A DNA stretch of 35,266 bases from an uncultured Acidobacteriota bacterium (lineage in GTDB: Bacteria; Acidobacteriota; HRBIN11; MFGW01), in contig CAYREJ010000001.1 in NCBI GenBank assembly GCA_964423235.1, positions 1 to 35,266 on the forward strand, written 5' to 3'. Shown piece after piece: positions 1 through 8,476 of the stretch. The notes beneath the pieces are model-generated. The model worked only from the letters and a program-made list of their open reading frames with translations, was not told where the DNA came from and did no database searches. Within the stretch, counting starts at the first letter, position 1. Each line of letters starts with the position of its first letter. The translations under genes and the position numbers were made by a program.

Positions 1-29
1 TCATATACTTCAATTGGTATAACCGCCAT
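1..29 (-). CDS. 5' end of an unidentified gene running off the left edge (MAVIPIEVY...)
   Basis: ATG at 29-27 with GGAG (rc of 36-39) 6 nt upstream. Only 9 codons are visible, so no product call. Confidence 0.35.
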
Positions 30-130
30 CTTTTTCTCCTAACCAATTATTAATTTTATTATACAAATTATTTTTTGTCAAAAAACTAAGAACCATTATT
101 CGTCATTTTTCAAATTTTTAAATTAGTTGC

Positions 131-186
131 CCTCTTGCTGCTGTGTCTTCCTTAATACTTTTATGATAGCTTTGTGCCTCTGCGTT
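131..186. repeat. Degenerate copy of the CTYTGTG heptad repeat family
   Basis: cctcttgctgctgtgtcttcc ... gctttgtgcctctgcgtt, downstream of ruvB. It resembles the ctctgcgccctctgttgtctg arm at the right window edge. Confidence 0.4.
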
Positions 187-234
187 AAAAAAATTAAAAC
201 AAGATATATGGCAATGGATAATAAAAAGGATTAT

Positions 235-1263
235 TTAGTCAAATAAAGGCATTTGTTGAAATTTTGAATATTTAAGACCGAAGTATTTATAAGCCAATTG
301 AGTAGCTACTCTACCTCTTGGAGTTCTATTTATAAATCCGGATTGTATCAAGAAGGGCTCATATACATCTTCAATTGTTTCTTTTTCTTCAGAAATTGAA
401 GCAGCGATGGCATTAACGCCTACTGGACCTCCATCAAATTTTTCAATTATCGTTAGCAATAATTTTCTATCAATTTCATCAAAACCATAAGAATCGACAT
501 CAAATAATTCTAAAGCGTTCATTGCAACTTCTTTAGTAATGATTCCATCAGCTTCTATTTCTGCATAATCTCTTATTCTTCGGAGCAATCGGTTAGCAAT
601 TCGCGGAGTACCTCTGGAGCGTTTAGCAATTTCTGAGGCTCCATCTTCATCTATTGAGACATTTAATATTTTTGATGATCTTAAAATAATCTCTTTTAAT
701 TGTTCCGGGTCATAGAAATCTAATCTATGAGTTATTCCGAATCTTGCACGAAGTGCTGCCGTAAGAGCACCAATACGTGTAGTTGCCCCTATAAGTGTAA
801 ATTTTGGTAAATCTATTTTTATACTTTTTGCAGATGGACCTTGTCCGATCAATATATCTAACTTATAATCTTCCATTGCTGGATATAGTATTTCCTCAAC
901 TGAAGCAGGAAGACGATGAATCTCATCAATAAAAAGAACATCATAAGGTTGGAGATTAGTCAATAGGGCTGCTATATCTCCTGCTCTTTCTATTACCGGA
1001 CCTGAAGTCGGTTTTATGTTAACTTCTAATTCATGAGCTATTACATATGCTAAAGTAGTCTTTCCTAATCCGGGTGGACCATAAAGTAATACATGATCAA
1101 GAGCCTCTCTCCTTTTCTTTGCAGCTTTTATAAAAATCTCCATCCTCTTTTTTACTTTCTCTTGTCCTATGTATTCTTTTAACGATAAAGGTCTTAAGGA
1201 AGCTTCAATAATTTCATCTTCTTTAATCTTTATAGGAGTTATTATCCTATCTGCTTTTTTCAT
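235..1263 (-). CDS. ruvB: Holliday junction branch migration helicase RuvB
   Basis: 342 aa. Walker [10 protein letters not shown], Walker B FIDEIHRL, RuvB-type C-terminal winged helix. Lies in a ruvC-ruvA-ruvB order. Confidence 0.95.
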   Translation of the reverse strand: MKKADRIITPIKIKEDEIIEASLRPLSLKEYIGQEKVKKRMEIFIKAAKKRREALDHVLLYGPPGLGKTTLAYVIAHELEVNIKPTSGPVIERAGDIAALLTNLQPYDVLFIDEIHRLPASVEEILYPAMEDYKLDILIGQGPSAKSIKIDLPKFTLIGATTRIGALTAALRARFGITHRLDFYDPEQLKEIILRSSKILNVSIDEDGASEIAKRSRGTPRIANRLLRRIRDYAEIEADGIITKEVAMNALELFDVDSYGFDEIDRKLLLTIIEKFDGGPVGVNAIAASISEEKETIEDVYEPFLIQSGFINRTPRGRVATQLAYKYFGLKYSKFQQMPLFD

Positions 1264-1270
1264 AAATATT

Positions 1271-1861
1271 TTAAGCCCTCGTTAAAATTTTTAAACATTC
1301 TTTTAATAAATATGATATATCAGAATTATCATTCCTTTTCAAAACTGTATTTACTACTTCTTCTGATTCCTTTGTACCATATCCTAAATTTATTAAGGCG
1401 CTTATCAAATCTTTTTTCAACTCTTCATTAACGGTTAGCGTTTGAGGAACATTAGAATCTTTACTTCGTATTTTATCTTTAATTTCTAATAAAATTCTTT
1501 GTGCTGTTTTGTTCCCTATCCCTGGAATTTTACAAAGTTTCTTAACATCTTGTTTTTCTATCACTTGATATAATTCTTCAATGGAAAGACCGGAAAGAAG
1601 TGCAAGTGCAGTTTTAGGACCTACTCCGGAAATAGAAATTATTTTTTCAAAGATTTGTTTTTCATTTTCATCAGAGAAACCATAAAGGCTTATTTGATCC
1701 TCTCTTATTTTAGTATGAATATAAATTTCTGCTTCCTTGTTATCACTCAATTTGTAATAAGTACTTAAAGGAATGTTCACTAAATATCCAATTCCTCCCG
1801 CTTCTATTAATACATAATTAGGTTTTTTAATTAATAATTTTCCTCTTATATAGCCGATCAT
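1271..1861 (-). CDS. ruvA: Holliday junction DNA-binding protein RuvA
   Basis: 196 aa. N-terminal [11 protein letters not shown] domain, two HhH motifs ([23 protein letters not shown]). 7 nt upstream of ruvB. Confidence 0.93.
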   Translation of the reverse strand: MIGYIRGKLLIKKPNYVLIEAGGIGYLVNIPLSTYYKLSDNKEAEIYIHTKIREDQISLYGFSDENEKQIFEKIISISGVGPKTALALLSGLSIEELYQVIEKQDVKKLCKIPGIGNKTAQRILLEIKDKIRSKDSNVPQTLTVNEELKKDLISALINLGYGTKESEEVVNTVLKRNDNSDISYLLKECLKILTRA

Positions 1862-1874
1862 TTTTACTACCTAG

Positions 1875-2366
1875 TTAAGATCTCAAATATTTTCTTCTAA
1901 AATCAAAAGAATGAATAAGACATATTGCGGCAGCCAAAGCATCCGTGCAATCATAAGATAATTTTTCTCCTTCAAGGTGCAATAATTTTCTAACCATAAA
2001 ATTAACTTGTTCTTTTGTTGATTGTCCATATCCGACAACTGCCTTCTTAATTTCTAAAGGAGAAAATTCAAATATTTTGCAATCAATATTTTGCAAAGCT
2101 AATATTACAGCTCCTTTTATCTGACCCAAAAAAAAGGTTGTTTTAACATTTTTATGGTAAAAAGAATCCTCAATTGAAGCAAATTCAGGTTTTTCGCTCT
2201 TCAGAATCTCAGAAATCTGATCATACAATATTTTTATTTTTTTAAATCTGTCATAATTTTTAGGAATCCTTATTATTCCTTTATCAATAATTTCAGGTTC
2301 TTCAGCTATTTTAATTATTCCATAACCCAAGGAGACGCTGCCGGGGTCAATACCAATTATTTTCAT
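1875..2366 (-). CDS. ruvC: Crossover junction endodeoxyribonuclease RuvC
   Basis: 163 aa. IIGIDPGS catalytic start, GYGQSTKEQV, DALAAAICL motifs. Confidence 0.92.
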   Translation of the reverse strand: MKIIGIDPGSVSLGYGIIKIAEEPEIIDKGIIRIPKNYDRFKKIKILYDQISEILKSEKPEFASIEDSFYHKNVKTTFFLGQIKGAVILALQNIDCKIFEFSPLEIKKAVVGYGQSTKEQVNFMVRKLLHLEGEKLSYDCTDALAAAICLIHSFDFRRKYLRS

Positions 2367-2409
2367 TTAATCTTATCTTAAAATAATTTTTATTAAAGGA
2401 CACATTATA

Positions 2410-3159
2410 TTATCCAGCTAATCTACTCATTTCTTCATCCGGAATATCTAAATTAGTCCATACTTTTTGAACATCATCATGATCATCTAAAGCTTCAACT
2501 AAATTAATAACTTTTTGTGCTTGCTGAGCGTTAAGTTGAATATAAGATTGAGGCAACATCGCTAATTCAGAAGAATGAATAGGAACATTACTTTCTTTAA
2601 GAACATTTAAAATTTTTTCAAAAGATGAGGGAGAACAATATATTTCCCAATATTTATCTTCAGCAGTTATATCGTCAACTCCTAAATCTATCACTAAATT
2701 GAACAACTTTTCCTCATCAATGCTTTCTTTAGGAATTTGAATAAATCCTTTCTTGCTAAACATCCAAGCTACTTCTCCAGCTTTAGCTAAAGTTCCACCA
2801 TGCCGAGAAAATATATGCCTCATTTCTCCCACCGTTCTATTTTTATTATCAGTAAGAGCTTCTACTAAGATCGCAATCCCTCCCGCTGCATAACCTTCAT
2901 ATATAGCTTCTTCTAAATTTGATTCAGCAACCTGCCCAGTTCCTTTTTGTATAGCTCTCTTTATTGTATCCGAAGGCATATTGTTAGCTCTGGCATTCTG
3001 AACAGCCATTCTTAATCTCGGATTTGCTTCAGGGTCTCCGCCACCTTGCTTTGCTGCTACCATTATCTCTTTTATTAATTTTGTATATATTTTCCCTCTT
3101 TTCGCATCCTGTTGAGCTTTTCTATGCTTTATATTAGCCCATTTAGAATGTCCTGACAT
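2410..3159 (-). CDS. yebC: YebC/PmpR family DNA-binding transcriptional regulator
   Basis: 249 aa. Hallmark N-terminus MSGHSKWANIKHRK. AAGAGG SD upstream. Classic yebC-ruvCAB linkage. Confidence 0.93.
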   Translation of the reverse strand: MSGHSKWANIKHRKAQQDAKRGKIYTKLIKEIMVAAKQGGGDPEANPRLRMAVQNARANNMPSDTIKRAIQKGTGQVAESNLEEAIYEGYAAGGIAILVEALTDNKNRTVGEMRHIFSRHGGTLAKAGEVAWMFSKKGFIQIPKESIDEEKLFNLVIDLGVDDITAEDKYWEIYCSPSSFEKILNVLKESNVPIHSSELAMLPQSYIQLNAQQAQKVINLVEALDDHDDVQKVWTNLDIPDEEMSRLAG

Positions 3160-3222
3160 ATTTACCTCTTATTTAAAATTATTTCATTATAAATCATACA
3201 ATTTTTTTTTATAAAAGTAAAG

Positions 3223-3405
3223 GAGTTTATAGAGTTTATAGAGTTGAGAGTTTGTAGAGTTCCACAATTATTACCATCAAGACTTTGCACTCTACCTTAT
3301 TGAAGAAATAAAAGTAAAGAGCTGGTAGAGTTTGTATATTCACTAATTACACTATTATACTTCCTCTGATGATAATAGCTAATAAATAGAGGAACTCTCA
3401 ACTCC
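3223..3405. repeat. Palindromic MITE-like unit 1 (183 bp)
   Basis: Left arm 3223-3263 (gagtttatagagtttatagagttgagagtttgtagagttcc) is inverted relative to right arm 3389-3405 (gaggaactctcaactcc). The first ~70 nt of the interior align with unit 2. Confidence 0.75.
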
Positions 3406-3420
3406 TTAAACTTAAATTTA

Positions 3421-3617
3421 GTTTATAGAGTTGAGAGTTTATAGAGTTCCACAATTATAACCATCAAGACTTTGGATTCTACCTAATGAAGGAAATAAAG
3501 GTAATAATCGAATAAAGTTAAGATTTCCAAAATTATATATGCTCTCACGGTTATAAGGTAATAGATTGAGGAACTCTCAACTCTACAAACTCTATAAACT
3601 CTATACCCAACTCTATA
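3421..3617. repeat. Palindromic MITE-like unit 2 (197 bp)
   Basis: Left arm 3421-3450 (gtttatagagttgagagtttatagagttcc). Right arm 3568-3617 holds five AACTCT words. Its end overlaps the stop codon of the gene at 3613. Confidence 0.75.
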
Positions 3618-4191
3618 AATTCGAAATCGACAAATTACTTAATTCATCTACAAGATGCTTCTTTTTCTCTTCATCTTTCAAAGAATCAAGATTAATAAGA
3701 ACATTTTCTTTAGCACATTTGAAAGCTGCTTTCGCCATATGAATGGCACATTTCCAATCGCTTAAGGCTCCTTGTATCCCCTTTCCTTCTAATTCTTTAG
3801 AAATTTCTATTAATTTGACAGCATACTTTGCATTTTCTAAAGGAATTAATGCAGCTTCATATAATGCTTCTTGAATTTTTATTCTCCTGGTTTCTTTTTC
3901 TTGCTCTGTATCTTTTGGTAATTTATAAGCTGCCATTACCTTGTTAAAAGCTTTTGCGTCTTCATCAATATATGAAGAAACTTTTTTTAATATCTCCTTT
4001 GTTTCTGCAATTATTTTTTGAAATAATTCTTGCTCCTCTTCATTAGCACTCTTTAAACTTATCTTACAAAACATTTGTAAAAGAGCAGCTGACAATGAAT
4101 TTGCTAAACCAGCTACACTTCCACCCCCAGGAGTAGGAAGATCGCTGGCTAAAAGATTCAAAAACTCTTCTAATTTCATTTCTAAGAGCAT
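3613..4191 (-). CDS. Cyclodeaminase/cyclohydrolase family protein (FtcD C-terminal-like, formimidoyl-THF cyclodeaminase)
   Basis: 192 aa, all-helical. LPTPGGGSVAGLANSLSAALLQM matches the FTCD_C signature. 3 nt downstream of hutI. Confidence 0.8.
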   Translation of the reverse strand: MLLEMKLEEFLNLLASDLPTPGGGSVAGLANSLSAALLQMFCKISLKSANEEEQELFQKIIAETKEILKKVSSYIDEDAKAFNKVMAAYKLPKDTEQEKETRRIKIQEALYEAALIPLENAKYAVKLIEISKELEGKGIQGALSDWKCAIHMAKAAFKCAKENVLINLDSLKDEEKKKHLVDELSNLSISNL

Positions 4192-4194
4192 TCT

Positions 4195-5463
4195 CTACCC
4201 CCTAAATGTTTTAATTTCTTTTCCTTTTTTAATTACCTTCCAAGGTTTACATAAGGCAAATTGATAAGCCAAATAAGAATAATCCGGTACATCAAAAATT
4301 AAAATGTCAGCTTGTTTACCCACTTCTATGCTACCTAATTTATTTATTAATCCAATAGAATACGCAGAATTGATTGTAGCTGCATTTATCGCTTCTTCTA
4401 TGCACATACCATAATAATAACAAGCTAAGCCAATAATTATAATCATAGATGGACAAAAAGCTGTTCCCGGATTAAAATCTGTTCCTAAGGCTAAAATGAC
4501 TCCTTTTTCTTTCATCTTTTTAACTGGTGGTGCTTGAGACTTCAAGAAAAAAGATGTCGCCGGAAGAAGCACCGCTGCTACCTTTTCTTCCGCTAACCTA
4601 CTTATTCCTTCCTCAGAAATGTAAAGTAAATGCTCTGCTGATACAGCTTCTAATTCAGCCGCTAACTCCGCACCTCCTGTATATGCTAATTCATCCGCAT
4701 GCATTTTTAGCTTAAACCCATATTCCTTAGCTTTTTTTAATATCCTCTTGCTTTCCTCTATTGAAAAATATCCTTCATCACAAAATACATCACAGAACTC
4801 AGCTAAATTCTCTCTCTTTATATAAGGCAGCATCTTTTCTATTATCAATTCAATATAACCTTCTCTATTATTCTTATATTCTGCCGGAATAGCATGAGCC
4901 CCTAAAAATGTTATTGCTATATCAAGCACCCCCGTTTCCTTTAATCGCTTCACTACTCTAAGAATTTTTATTTCATTTTGAAAATCCAATCCATATCCAC
5001 TTTTTATTTCAATAGTTGTAGTGCCATTTTCAATCATTATGTTTAACCACCTCTCAGCATAATTAACTAAAAAATCTTCCGAAGCTTCTCTCGTCAAGTT
5101 AACTGTCGCCATTATTCCACTTCCCTTTTTCCCAAGCTCTTGATAACTAAATCCAGACATCCTTCTTTTCCAGTCTAATAATCTATCACCAGCAAAAATT
5201 AAATGAGTATGAGCATCTACAAACCCCGGCATAACAGTTTTATTTTCCCCATCTATTATTACAGCATCTTTCCTCACGGCAATATTATTAAATGCATTTT
5301 TACCTACATATAATATTTTGCCATCCCCGCAAGCTAAATCAATTCCCTCTATTAAGCCTATATCATTTAAGCTTTCCTTAATCTTCACGCCACCTCTACA
5401 AGTTATTAGCTGCCTTATATTCTTTATTATTAAATCAGCTTCAACTAACATTTCATCTCTCAT
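4195..5463 (-). CDS. hutI: Imidazolonepropionase
   Basis: Amidohydrolase motifs VDAHTHLIFAG, GAHAIP, KMHADE, GTDFNPG. The track start at 5475 is a TTG. ATG at 5463 or 5451 is more likely, so the start is uncertain. Confidence 0.9.
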   Translation of the reverse strand: MRDEMLVEADLIIKNIRQLITCRGGVKIKESLNDIGLIEGIDLACGDGKILYVGKNAFNNIAVRKDAVIIDGENKTVMPGFVDAHTHLIFAGDRLLDWKRRMSGFSYQELGKKGSGIMATVNLTREASEDFLVNYAERWLNIMIENGTTTIEIKSGYGLDFQNEIKILRVVKRLKETGVLDIAITFLGAHAIPAEYKNNREGYIELIIEKMLPYIKRENLAEFCDVFCDEGYFSIEESKRILKKAKEYGFKLKMHADELAYTGGAELAAELEAVSAEHLLYISEEGISRLAEEKVAAVLLPATSFFLKSQAPPVKKMKEKGVILALGTDFNPGTAFCPSMIIIIGLACYYYGMCIEEAINAATINSAYSIGLINKLGSIEVGKQADILIFDVPDYSYLAYQFALCKPWKVIKKGKEIKTFRG

Positions 5464-5680
5464 CTGATATTTCAATCCTTTTTATTCTGCTATGCAGTCC
5501 TTGAATTATTCTTATGCCTTGCTTCCTTACCTTGAAATACTTCGCTAATATTGATACACATTGTTCATTGGCTTTCCCCTTCTCAGGAGCTTCTGTTAAT
5601 TTTATCTTATAATTACATTCATCTACCTTTACTATCTCAACCTTGGAACTCTTCGGAATTATTTTTACATTTATTATCAC
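5453..5680 (-). CDS. DUF167 (YggU) family protein
   Basis: 75 aa. IKVIPKSSK...LTEAPEKGKANE...RIEI pattern typical of DUF167. GTG start with AAGGGA SD. Confidence 0.75.
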   Translation of the reverse strand: MIINVKIIPKSSKVEIVKVDECNYKIKLTEAPEKGKANEQCVSILAKYFKVRKQGIRIIQGLHSRIKRIEISDER

Positions 5681-5705
5681 TTTCCCTTCAATATAAAAAA
5701 ACAGC

Positions 5706-6188
5706 TTATTTAAAGAAAGTCAGTTTGGCTTCCTTTTCTTCCTCTTCTTTTTGTATAGAGATTAATTGCCTCAACGCCTCAATTTGTGCCAGTATTGATT
5801 CTTGCATATGCTTTTTTCTCATCCTTAATTGAAGTATATCAGCTTGAAGCTTTTGAATTTGCTTTTGTGCAGTTTCATAAACTTTTATGGCTTTTAGCTC
5901 AGCTTCCTTGATTAATAATTTTGATTCTTTTTCTGCATTCTCTCTTAATTGATCACTGGCTCTTTGAGCGGAAACTAAAGTATTTTTTAAGACCTCTTCT
6001 CTTTCCCTATATTCTTCTAATAAATTATTGAGCCTTTCAATTTCCTTTTTCTGTATAGTATTCTCTCTTAATAACTGCTCCATTTGTTCAGCAATAGCAC
6101 TAAGGAAATTTTGAACTTCCTCACGATCATATCCTTTAAAACGCAAAGTGAATTTTTGTCTATTTATGTCAATTGGAGATAGTTTCAT
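5706..6188 (-). CDS. divIVA: DivIVA domain cell-division/polarity protein
   Basis: MKLSPIDINRQKFTLRFKGYDREEVQNFL N-terminal DivIVA motif followed by coiled coil. ATG at 6188 has GGAGG 5 nt upstream; the track start at 6200 is a TTG. Confidence 0.85.
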   Translation of the reverse strand: MKLSPIDINRQKFTLRFKGYDREEVQNFLSAIAEQMEQLLRENTIQKKEIERLNNLLEEYREREEVLKNTLVSAQRASDQLRENAEKESKLLIKEAELKAIKVYETAQKQIQKLQADILQLRMRKKHMQESILAQIEALRQLISIQKEEEEKEAKLTFFK

Positions 6189-6216
6189 AATTGCCTCCAA
6201 TATAATTAAAAATTAT

Positions 6217-6295
6217 AATGCTTTTTATTGTCTTATATTTCCACTATTTTTTCAATATATAATTGTATAATAATCCATCAAAGACAAAAAGCATT
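6217..6295. other. Long-loop inverted repeat between the AP/TPR gene and divIVA
   Basis: aatgctttttattgtctt (6217-6234) pairs with aagacaaaaagcatt (6281-6295). The loop is ~46 nt, too large for a classic terminator. Confidence 0.4.
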
Positions 6296-6342
6296 AAACA
6301 ATCAAAAAAGACAACAGTGAAATTTAGTTATCCGATAGTAAT

Positions 6343-8472
6343 TTAAAACCACTCTGAGGCTTGAGGAGAAATCCCTTTTGATTTTAGCATCTGTATATTA
6401 TCTTTAATTTTATTTTGAAGCCAAGGATTTCCTGCTGGTCTTTTGGAAGCTTCATTCCAACAATATAAACTTTCAGAAAGTTTTCCTTTCCAAGCAAACC
6501 ACTCAGCAGCAAGAACCCAAATCTCAGCATATTCCTTATCTTCAGTCTTTAAATTCCTCAAAAACGCTTCGCACTCATTTATATAAGGAGAATCAATTTT
6601 GCATAATACATTTGCTTTCTCAATTAATAATCTCTGATTCATTACAATTAATTCTTCAGCACTATTTATTGCATTGTAAGCTTCTTGCCAATTTCCTTTA
6701 TCCCTGCTTATAATTGATGTATAAACTAATAAATCACCATCTTCCACATTATTTTCTCTTGCCTCTTTCAAAAGCTGTTCAGCTTTTTTCAAATCTTTTT
6801 GATGAATTGCTAATTGAAATAAGTCCAGATATGCATCTGCATATCTTGGATTTTTCTGCAATGCAATTCGCAACAATTGCTCCCCTTCTTGAATTCTACC
6901 ACGCCTTATATAAAATTCTCCTAAATTAAAATATGGATAATCCATATCCGGAAGTAATTCTTTTATCTTTATTAGATTAGCTTCAGCTTTCTGATATTCT
7001 CCAAAAGATTCATAAAAATTAGCTAAATTCTTTAAAAGCAAAGTATTATAAGGATCAACCAAAATTAACTCTGATAATCTTTCATAAGCTATTTGCCATT
7101 TATGATTTTTTATTAATTCTTCTCCATCTAATAAGGCTTTATAGATATACACCCTATCTCTTGCATCCGGTAGTGAAAAAGCATCTTTAGGCATATTTGA
7201 GCTTACTGAATCAGCATATCCCAAACTTCTTAGTTTTTCTAATTTTTCTAAATCTTGCGCTGTAGGCTTCGGAATAGACATTATTACCCCTTTAAATTTA
7301 TTCAATTCTTTGCTCAATTTTGGAAAAATCCTTTCTTTTTTAACATCCAATTTCTTTTGCATTCTTTCGTCTTTTTGTATATCAAATAACTCATCTTTGG
7401 AACCTCTGATCAAAAGATATGGATAATGTAAGATAGCGATTTGAGGACTCCATCTGAAACTATAATATGGCATAAAAGTAGAGATAAATAATTCATCCAA
7501 GGAAATTCTTGAAGGCAGCAAGGGTTTGCCTTGCATATGCAATTTATCAGACCATAGGTTCAATATTTTTAATATAGTAGGAGCTACATCAATAATAGAG
7601 ACAGGTTCTGATATTGTTATTTTTTGCTTATCCGGTGATAAAATGATAAAAGGAACTCTTATTGTAGAAGTTGTAATAAGGATTCCATGACGCATCTCGT
7701 TAAAATCACCTAAATCTTCTCCATGGTCTCCAACGATAAAGGCATAATCAGAATCGAAGTCCCATTGATGATTATTTTCTAATTCTGTAAACAATCTTTT
7801 AATTTGATCATCAACAAAAGCTAATTCTCCATCATAAGGATTTTTAAATTTATAAAGGTATTTATCAGGAGGAACATAAGGGTCGTGAGGATCATAAAAA
7901 TGAATCCATACAAACCAAGGCTTCTTCCATTGTCTAATGCCTTTTTCAACGCTATCCATAACTTGCGAAGCTGCTCTTTCTCTAAAATCAAAAAACTCCC
8001 TTTTGCCAACTCTAACACTATCTTCATATAAATCAAACCCTGCATCTAATCCATATATCCTATCAAGAACAGCTGAGCTAATATAAGCATAAGTGAAATA
8101 ACCTGCATTTTTCAATCTTTTAGAGATTGTAATTTTATCTTTGCTTAGCTTATAAAGACCATTATTCAAAATTTTATGCTCATTAGACATTAAACCAGTC
8201 AAAATAGAAGCATGAGCTGGAAGCGTCAATGGAGATGAGCTGTAGGCTTTCTTATAAATAATTCCTTTTTCTGTAGCTAACTGGCAAAGATAAGGCATTG
8301 TATTTATGCTGTATCCATAACAGGGAAGATGATCAGCTCTTGTTGTATCTAAAGTGATCAATAAAATATTAGGTAATTTCCTATTCTTGCCTGAAGAAGC
8401 TTCTATAAATTTATCTCCAATAATAGAAAATAAAATTAAAAATAATATAATCGCTTTTCTTCTTATCAACAT
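6343..8472 (-). CDS. Alkaline-phosphatase-superfamily (sulfatase-like) hydrolase/transferase fused to C-terminal TPR repeats, with signal/anchor
   Basis: 709 aa. N-terminal hydrophobic segment, LITLDTTRADHL metal site, TLPAHASILTG in place of the sulfatase CxPxR box, GDHGE. The last ~270 aa are TPR-like. Confidence 0.8.
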   Translation of the reverse strand: MLIRRKAIILFLILFSIIGDKFIEASSGKNRKLPNILLITLDTTRADHLPCYGYSINTMPYLCQLATEKGIIYKKAYSSSPLTLPAHASILTGLMSNEHKILNNGLYKLSKDKITISKRLKNAGYFTYAYISSAVLDRIYGLDAGFDLYEDSVRVGKREFFDFRERAASQVMDSVEKGIRQWKKPWFVWIHFYDPHDPYVPPDKYLYKFKNPYDGELAFVDDQIKRLFTELENNHQWDFDSDYAFIVGDHGEDLGDFNEMRHGILITTSTIRVPFIILSPDKQKITISEPVSIIDVAPTILKILNLWSDKLHMQGKPLLPSRISLDELFISTFMPYYSFRWSPQIAILHYPYLLIRGSKDELFDIQKDERMQKKLDVKKERIFPKLSKELNKFKGVIMSIPKPTAQDLEKLEKLRSLGYADSVSSNMPKDAFSLPDARDRVYIYKALLDGEELIKNHKWQIAYERLSELILVDPYNTLLLKNLANFYESFGEYQKAEANLIKIKELLPDMDYPYFNLGEFYIRRGRIQEGEQLLRIALQKNPRYADAYLDLFQLAIHQKDLKKAEQLLKEARENNVEDGDLLVYTSIISRDKGNWQEAYNAINSAEELIVMNQRLLIEKANVLCKIDSPYINECEAFLRNLKTEDKEYAEIWVLAAEWFAWKGKLSESLYCWNEASKRPAGNPWLQNKIKDNIQMLKSKGISPQASEWF

Positions 8473-8476
8473 TTTT

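Noticed and set aside
3223-3617. Possible CRISPR array or rRNA/tRNA-like structured gene in the large yebC-proximal gap
   Set aside because: There are only two units of 183-197 bp. Each is internally palindromic with diverged interiors, there is no short repeat/spacer periodicity, and no cas genes are present. I treat it as a MITE-like or structured repeat instead.
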